From an uncultured Bifidobacteriaceae bacterium (GTDB lineage: Bacteria > Acidobacteriota > Vicinamibacteria > Vicinamibacterales > JAENWD01): DNA of 64,000 nucleotides. Below the pieces are notes generated by a model. It saw only the letters and a list, made by a program, of their open reading frames with translations. It searched no databases and had not been told where the DNA came from. The position numbers and the translations under genes were made by a program. This document shows, in pieces, positions 58,206 to 64,000 of the stretch. Each line of letters starts with the position of its first letter. The stretch's first letter is position 1. The stretch is taken from assembly GCA_964446605.1 (NCBI GenBank), contig CAYUPN010000005.1, positions 5,039 to 69,038 on the forward strand, in the 5' to 3' direction.

Positions 58206-58571
58206 CGGTGGATTGGACGAGACCGCCCGGAGCCAGGTTGCAGGCGACGGCGATGCCGGGTCAGCACGGCGGGCCGTCGGCCATGGCGCCGATGGACCAG
58301 GACGTCGCGCCCCCGGAGCACGACACGCTGCCCCCGGTCCCGCTCCAGCTGAACCTCACGGGCCCGAGCAACTCGCCGGTTGCCAGCAGCCTGCCCGACG
58401 TCATCGAGTGCCCGGTCACGGCGACCCGCTGCCGAAGCTGGCCTGCGCCGGCAGTGCGGGGAGGGTGACCGGTATGGGCTCGACGGGGCCGCCGCACGCG
58501 CCAAGTCCCATCGCCAGGAGCACGGGAGCGAGACGCCGCATGGACCAGCCGGTTACGCCCGGACCCGGCGA

Positions 58572-60743
58572 TCAGCAAGTGACCTGACCCGCTCGTTGCA
58601 CGGTGACGCGGGCGTTGTAATCGGGCTCCAGGGACCCGGGCGCGACCAGGTCCGGATCCAGAAGGACGTTGCCCTCGGGCCAGTGCACCTCGAGGTTGCC
58701 GGGCTTGATCGGCGCTTCCATGAGGCGGCCGGTGAACGCGCCGTGCGCCGATCGCAGGATCACACGGGCGCCGGGCTCCAGCTCGAGCCGCGCGAGATCC
58801 TCGCGGCTGATCAGGATGTCGTCGCGGGACGCCCCCGTGAGCGGATCGACCTCGCGCTGGACCATGGAGTTGAACTGCTTGCCGCGTCGGGTCGAGACGA
58901 CCAGGGAGTCCGGGTCGGCCACCGCGCCGGTGACGGTCACGGCCGAGAAGCGCGCCTTGCCGTCGGGCGTCGCGAACCGTCCGTCGGCGAACAGCGTCGG
59001 TCCGCCCCACTGGATCTGATCGCCCTTCGCCGCCAGCGTCTCGATCCCGGCGTAGAGCGGCACGGCCCGCCCAATCTCCTGCCGGACCGCGGCGGCGTCC
59101 TCCAGGCCGGCCAGATGGGCGCGTTCCGGCCAGGTGCGAATCATCACCTCGCGGAAGACCCACCACTCCGGCTGCGCGGAGCCGATACGCCGCCCCGGGA
59201 TCTCGGGCGAGAAGATGATCCGCCGCTCCGTCGACGTCTCGGTGCCGCCGCCGGGCGACTCGTAGCGCGTCGCCGCCGGCAGCAGGAGCACCTCGCCGTC
59301 GGACGGCGCCAGCATCGCGGACGACAGGACGATGTCCTGGTGCACGCGGAGCGCCGGCCGGCGGAGCGCCTCGAGCGATCGCGCCTCGCCGCCGAGCGTC
59401 TCGAGGAAGTTGCCCCCCACCATCCAGAAGAGATCGACGTCCCCCTCCGCCGCATGCGCGACCATCTCGGTCGCGCTCCAGCCGGGGCTGTCCGGCACGT
59501 CGAAGCCCCATACCTCCGCCCATCGCGCGGCGGTCTGCGCGTCGACGCGCGGCACGCAGCCGACCTCGGCGCCTCCCTGAACCCCCGAGTGGCCGCGAAT
59601 CGGTACGAGGCCGCGGTTCGGCCGGCCGGGCAGCCCCCGCGCGAGGCCGACGTTGATGAGCGCCTGGATGGTCTCGACGCCGTGCACGTGCTGCGTCAAC
59701 CCCATCGACCAGACGAACACGGCGTTCGGCCGCGCGATCAGCAGATCGGCGAACGCCTCGATCTGCTGACGTGAGACGCCGCTCTCCGCCTCGATCCGAT
59801 CCCAGTCCGTCGCACACGCAGCCCTCACCGCAACGTCGAACCCGGTGGTCCGCTCCCGCACGTAGGCATCGTCGATGCCTCCGCGGTCGACCAGGCCGCG
59901 CAGCACGCCGACGAGGAACGCCAGATCGCCGCCGGTATGCACGTGGAACCAGTGATCCGCGAGCGCCGTGCCGCGCAGGGCGCTCTCCGCGATCGACGGG
60001 ATCCAGTACCGCTCGAGCCCCGGCTCGCGGTACGGATTGACGACGGCGATCCGTGCGCCGTTCTTCTTCGCGGCGTGCAGGTACTTCGTCGTGACCGGCT
60101 GGTTGTTGGCGACGTTGGATCCGAACAGGACGATCAGGTCGGCGCCGAGCCAGTCGACGTAGCTGCAGGTCGAGGCGCCGTGCCCGAGCGTCGCCTTCAT
60201 CGCCGCGGTCGAGGCCGCATGGCAGAGCCGGGCGGAGTTGTCGACGTGGTTCGTGCCGAGGAACCGCGCCGCTTTCTGGGCGGCGTAGTAGACCTCGTTG
60301 ATGATGCCGCGCGACGTCAGGTAGAACGCCAGGCGCGCGGGGTCGGCCTCGCGCGCCACCCGGGCAATCCGCTCGCACGCCTCGTCCCACGAGACGACGT
60401 GGAACCCGCGCGCGCCGGCAGCGCGCAGCATCGGATACGGCAGCCGGCCGAGCTCGCGCAGCGCCTTCGAGCGCGTGCCGGCCAGCGGCTCGACGTCCGC
60501 AAGCACCGCCGGATCCAGCGCCGGCGCCGTGTTCAGGCGCATCAGCTCCAGCCGAATCATGCACAGGTGCGTACTCGGCAGGGTCCAATCCGACAGTCCG
60601 GAGGTGCCGAGTGCGCAGCCGTCGCAGACGCCGTCCCGCAGGATGCGCCACGCGAACGGCAGCTGGTCGCGGTTCTCCCACGCCGTCCGCAGCATCTCGC
60701 GGTAGTGGCGGGGCTTCTGCGCGTCGAGTCCGAAGAGCGCCAT
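58572..60743 (-). CDS. FdhF/YdeP family molybdopterin oxidoreductase
   Basis: GVCDGCA, NSARLCH, WSMGLTQH, PIRGHSGVQG, STRRGKQFNS, PDYN. Confidence 0.9.
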   Translation of the reverse strand: MALFGLDAQKPRHYREMLRTAWENRDQLPFAWRILRDGVCDGCALGTSGLSDWTLPSTHLCMIRLELMRLNTAPALDPAVLADVEPLAGTRSKALRELGRLPYPMLRAAGARGFHVVSWDEACERIARVAREADPARLAFYLTSRGIINEVYYAAQKAARFLGTNHVDNSARLCHAASTAAMKATLGHGASTCSYVDWLGADLIVLFGSNVANNQPVTTKYLHAAKKNGARIAVVNPYREPGLERYWIPSIAESALRGTALADHWFHVHTGGDLAFLVGVLRGLVDRGGIDDAYVRERTTGFDVAVRAACATDWDRIEAESGVSRQQIEAFADLLIARPNAVFVWSMGLTQHVHGVETIQALINVGLARGLPGRPNRGLVPIRGHSGVQGGAEVGCVPRVDAQTAARWAEVWGFDVPDSPGWSATEMVAHAAEGDVDLFWMVGGNFLETLGGEARSLEALRRPALRVHQDIVLSSAMLAPSDGEVLLLPAATRYESPGGGTETSTERRIIFSPEIPGRRIGSAQPEWWVFREVMIRTWPERAHLAGLEDAAAVRQEIGRAVPLYAGIETLAAKGDQIQWGGPTLFADGRFATPDGKARFSAVTVTGAVADPDSLVVSTRRGKQFNSMVQREVDPLTGASRDDILISREDLARLELEPGARVILRSAHGAFTGRLMEAPIKPGNLEVHWPEGNVLLDPDLVAPGSLEPDYNARVTVQRAGQVTC

Positions 60744-60771
60744 GGCCAGCGGCTATCATACGTGCACGCTC

Positions 60772-61593
60772 ATGTCCGGCACGCCCCTGAACCCCGCGAT
60801 CCGCCCGATCGACGTGCATCGCCGCGGCGCCACCGGTCCCGTCGAGGACCGGGTTGCGGTCGAGCTGCCGCTGCAGGTACGGCTGAACGGCGAGCCGTTC
60901 TCGGTCATCATGCGAACGCCGGGCGCCGATCGTGAGCTCGCCCTCGGCTTCCTCTTCTCCGAGGGCGTCGTCTGCTTGCGCGAGGACATCGATCGCGTGA
61001 TCGACGACGAGCCGGACGCCGTCGATGTTCACCTCGTCGGCGAACGCCGCGCGGCCGCCCTGCAGGCGCTCGGCTCGCGCCGTCAGGTCACGATGAACTC
61101 GTCGTGCGGTATGTGCGGTCGTCGCGAGCTCGAGTCGCTCAGCGTCCCGCTCACTCCGCTGCGCGCCACGTGGAACGTGTCAGGACACGTGATCGCGCGC
61201 CTGCCCGACGCACTCCTCGAGGCGCAGCGCGCGTTCGCCGAGACGGGCGGACTCCACGCCGCCGGTCTGTTCGATCCGGATGGACGGCTGCAGGCCAGCG
61301 CCGAGGACGTCGGCCGCCACAATGCCGTCGACAAGCTGCTCGGCCGCACGCTCGACGCCGGCGCTCTCCCTCTCTCCCACTCCGTGCTCGTCGTCAGCGG
61401 CCGCTCGTCGTTCGAGATCGTGCAAAAGGCCTGGCTCGGCGGCGTTCCGGTCGTCGCGGCGGTGTCGGCCCCCTCGAGTCTCGCCGTCGATCTGGCGCGC
61501 GAGGCGGGCATCACGCTGCTCGGCTTCGTGCGCGACGGGCGGTTCAACGTCTACGCACATCCCGAACGCATTGCGCCGACAGAGGACGACTGA
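60772..61593 (+). CDS. fdhD: formate dehydrogenase accessory sulfurtransferase
   Basis: MRTPG.D.ELA.GFL.SEG, SSCGMCG, TGGLHAA, EDVGRHNAVDK, SAPSSLA. Confidence 0.93.
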   Translation: MSGTPLNPAIRPIDVHRRGATGPVEDRVAVELPLQVRLNGEPFSVIMRTPGADRELALGFLFSEGVVCLREDIDRVIDDEPDAVDVHLVGERRAAALQALGSRRQVTMNSSCGMCGRRELESLSVPLTPLRATWNVSGHVIARLPDALLEAQRAFAETGGLHAAGLFDPDGRLQASAEDVGRHNAVDKLLGRTLDAGALPLSHSVLVVSGRSSFEIVQKAWLGGVPVVAAVSAPSSLAVDLAREAGITLLGFVRDGRFNVYAHPERIAPTEDD

Positions 61594-61679
61594 GTCCACG
61601 TCGTTCCTCCCGTCGGGAATGGCGTCGATGTGGCGCAGTCTGCGCCGGCAGGAAGCCCGGCCCAGGTGGGAGAGAGCCG

Positions 61680-64000
61680 TCAGGCGCCGGGAGCGACGTC
61701 GAGCGTCAGCGGCGACTCGACGGGAATCGCGGTGCCGTCCGCCGCGACGGGCGCAATCGTCACCTTCCACGGGCCATGATCGCGCAGCGCGTCGGGCGGC
61801 AGCAACGGCGTCTGGATGGCCGCCCGCTCGGCGGGGAAGATCGAGCGCGGGATATTCATCCGCTGCTCGTGCTCCGGCGCGTCGCCGTCTGCGGCGCGCC
61901 AGCGAATGGAGAGCTGCACCGGCACGCCGGCGCCAGACGACTCGTCCACCGGCAGCCAGACGGCATCTCCGCCGTTGTTCGCGACGATCTGAATCGACGT
62001 GCCCGCTTCGACTGCGTTCACGCCGCCGACAACGCGCAGCTGGCCGCGCACCTGACGGGTACTGCCGTCCGGCACGGGCCAGTCGTCGGCCATCAGGGTG
62101 ATCGACTCCACGGCAACGCCGAGCTGCCGCGGATCGCCGTCGGCCTTCCAGGGCGGCGTCACGATCGTGATCTCCCAGCGGCGCGGCCTGAGCGATTCCG
62201 GCGGACACGCACGCAGCGAGAGCGTCCGGCTCCACGTCGCCTGGACCGTGTCCGAGAACAGCGGGCAGTCGTTGACGGTGAGCGTGAGCGGCGTGCCGCC
62301 GCGCGGCGCGCCGGTCAGCACCAGCCGGAGTGAGCGCGGCACACGGTCGGGCTCGACCGGCACGATGAGGCTCGCGTTGCCGTCCGTCCAGCGATAACCG
62401 ATCGGCACCCCTTCCTCGTCGTAGAAACCGGATTGCTGGACGTTCCAGCTGTCCGCTGCACTGCGCGAGGCAAGATTCAGGTACGAGGGCCGGGCCTGCG
62501 GCGTGTAGGCGAGATGCAGCCGCGAGGGGCCCTCGTCCGGAATGACATACACCCGGACGTCATTGCGGCCCGTCGACAGCGCCTCCGGCGCGAGCAGCGC
62601 GCCCCATCGTCCGCGGTCGAAGTCCGGGTCGAACGTCCGCGTGACCGCGGCAATGGTGCCGTTGACCGCGATGGCGAGCTCGACATCAGCGAGAATGCCG
62701 CCGTCGTCGCGCACTTCGCCGGTCACCAGCACGGGCCAGACCAGATCCTCTGTGGTCAGCCACGACCAGCGGTCCGCGGCCTCGACCTGTGCGTGCCAGG
62801 GCCCGGTCACGATCCGGAACTCGTCGACCTTGCGGCCCACGAGCGCACGCGGCGCGCCGGGAGGCGCAATGGGCGGCCAGCCCGGCCCGCTGCCGAACAG
62901 CGCGACCTTTCGCGCCACGGCCTCGTCGCGCTCGGCCGCCAGCGCCGCCGCGTCGATCCGCAGCCGATCCCGCGCGGCGTGATAGAAGACCGTCTTGACC
63001 GAGTCGTTCGCCTCGCCGCCGGGAGATCCCTCCGCCTGCCACGTCAGCGGCACGCCGATCAGCTTCGCGATCGTCGGCATGACGTCGACGCTCTGGACGT
63101 TGCGGTCGTCGACCACGCCCTCCCGCTGACCCGGCGCCTTGACGAACAACGGCACGGGTACCGTATCGGCCAGCGTGTCGTCGTCCACGCCCTTGAACGG
63201 CAGGCCGGCCCTGAAGCTCACGCCGTGGTCGCTCGTCACGACGATCAGCGCTTCGTCGTAGAGACCGGCGTCCCTCAAGCGGTCAAAGAGCCGTCCGAGC
63301 AGCGAGTCGACGTACCCGACCTGCAGCAGGTGACGGCGGTACGCCAGCGTCGGCAGCCATTCGTCCGTCGTCCAGAGGCCGCTCCTGTTGTCGATGCCCG
63401 GCATGCGCGTATCGATGCCGATCTGCTGGCCCGACGGCAGGTAGACGTATGGCTCGTGCGGCAGCAGCGCGTGCACGAAATACAGCGTCGGCTGCGGGTC
63501 GTCGCGGCCGATCGACTGGATGAACTCCTCGGGGAGCGCGCGCCGATCGCGGCGGCTCTCGACGACCCAGCGGCGCCGCCAGTTGTTGGCGGCGATGAAG
63601 TCGCGCCAGTTCTCCGTCAGCGGCGGCAGGAGCTGGCGCAGATCGCGCGGCAGGCTCAGCGACGCGTATACGACCGAGGAGTCCAGCGTCATCGAGGCGA
63701 GCCGCACCGCAAGCGGCTCGCGTCCCTCATCACACAGCGACTCCGGACAGAACTGCGTGATCGACTCCATGACCTCGAGCCGGTAATGTCCGCCGAGCCA
63801 CGTGAAGAGGTTCGAGGGATACGTCTTCCAGGTCGGCACGCGTCCGGGCGCCGGCGTCTGACCGGTCAACAGCGGCGGCAGCGCCCATCCCGTGAAGTCC
63901 GCCATCGTGCTGAAGTTGCGGTACCAGGTCGCGGTGTCCGCCAGCTCGGCGAAGGCCGGATAGTGATCACGGTCGACTCCGCCGTCCGCGTCCATCAGGG
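61680..64000 (-). CDS. sulfatase/alkaline-phosphatase superfamily protein (LtaS-like), 5' end outside window
   Basis: Thr at the nucleophile position (ADFTGWALP..LTG), HALLPHEPY, VTSDHG, VPLFVK, DVMPT; C-terminal beta-rich domains (RWTDG.A). Confidence 0.75.
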   Translation of the reverse strand, partial: LMDADGGVDRDHYPAFAELADTATWYRNFSTMADFTGWALPPLLTGQTPAPGRVPTWKTYPSNLFTWLGGHYRLEVMESITQFCPESLCDEGREPLAVRLASMTLDSSVVYASLSLPRDLRQLLPPLTENWRDFIAANNWRRRWVVESRRDRRALPEEFIQSIGRDDPQPTLYFVHALLPHEPYVYLPSGQQIGIDTRMPGIDNRSGLWTTDEWLPTLAYRRHLLQVGYVDSLLGRLFDRLRDAGLYDEALIVVTSDHGVSFRAGLPFKGVDDDTLADTVPVPLFVKAPGQREGVVDDRNVQSVDVMPTIAKLIGVPLTWQAEGSPGGEANDSVKTVFYHAARDRLRIDAAALAAERDEAVARKVALFGSGPGWPPIAPPGAPRALVGRKVDEFRIVTGPWHAQVEAADRWSWLTTEDLVWPVLVTGEVRDDGGILADVELAIAVNGTIAAVTRTFDPDFDRGRWGALLAPEALSTGRNDVRVYVIPDEGPSRLHLAYTPQARPSYLNLASRSAADSWNVQQSGFYDEEGVPIGYRWTDGNASLIVPVEPDRVPRSLRLVLTGAPRGGTPLTLTVNDCPLFSDTVQATWSRTLSLRACPPESLRPRRWEITIVTPPWKADGDPRQLGVAVESITLMADDWPVPDGSTRQVRGQLRVVGGVNAVEAGTSIQIVANNGGDAVWLPVDESSGAGVPVQLSIRWRAADGDAPEHEQRMNIPRSIFPAERAAIQTPLLPPDALRDHGPWKVTIAPVAADGTAIPVESPLTLDVAPGA

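Noticed and set aside
55794-61032. Long alternative ORFs (55794-58352 +, 58261-61032 -, and similar ones such as 24329-26848 + and 39967-42159 -)
   Set aside because: They are Arg/Ala/Pro-rich shadow frames of well-supported genes, as expected in high-GC DNA.
1-64000. CRISPR array, rRNA, intact transposase or prophage genes
   Set aside because: No regularly spaced repeats or diagnostic motifs were seen by eye; a computational scan was not possible.

Overview
High-GC bacterial DNA. An ADOP-type duplicated ABC permease, Hanks kinases with PD40-type propellers and GTAG-type REP palindromes suggest Acidobacteriota (Vicinamibacteria-like); this is inference only. The window has five parts. (i) 1-14.9 kb is a patchwork of accessory genes 3' of tRNA-Gln: a DHS-like protein, two RibD-C/DHFR proteins, a NemR-like TetR with a visible operator, an amidohydrolase, a kinase, a Tat hemerythrin, a CarF/Kua plus sterol-desaturase pair and several gene remnants. 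(ii) 14.9-19.9 kb holds tRNA-Gln(CTG), three opposite-strand genes, gltX and tRNA-Ser(GCT). (iii) 20-28 kb has a decayed tyrosine integrase next to a tight four-gene operon: Ser/Thr kinase-AAA-helical repeat, CxxCH lipoprotein, VioB/StaD-like protein lacking the ferritin-like domain, and VTT/DedA protein. This is the best candidate for an undescribed system. (iv) 28.2-53 kb is a glycosylation cluster with 10 GT4 domains, GT2, a CgeB-like GT, four GT-C membrane domains and two flippases. (v) 53-64 kb holds a histone-H1-like protein, DUF1624, yjbQ, an ABC permease, FdhF/YdeP with fdhD, and a partial sulfatase/LtaS-like gene. Family calls come from motif recognition by eye, with no database searches. 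Many start codons were re-picked from the ORF track.
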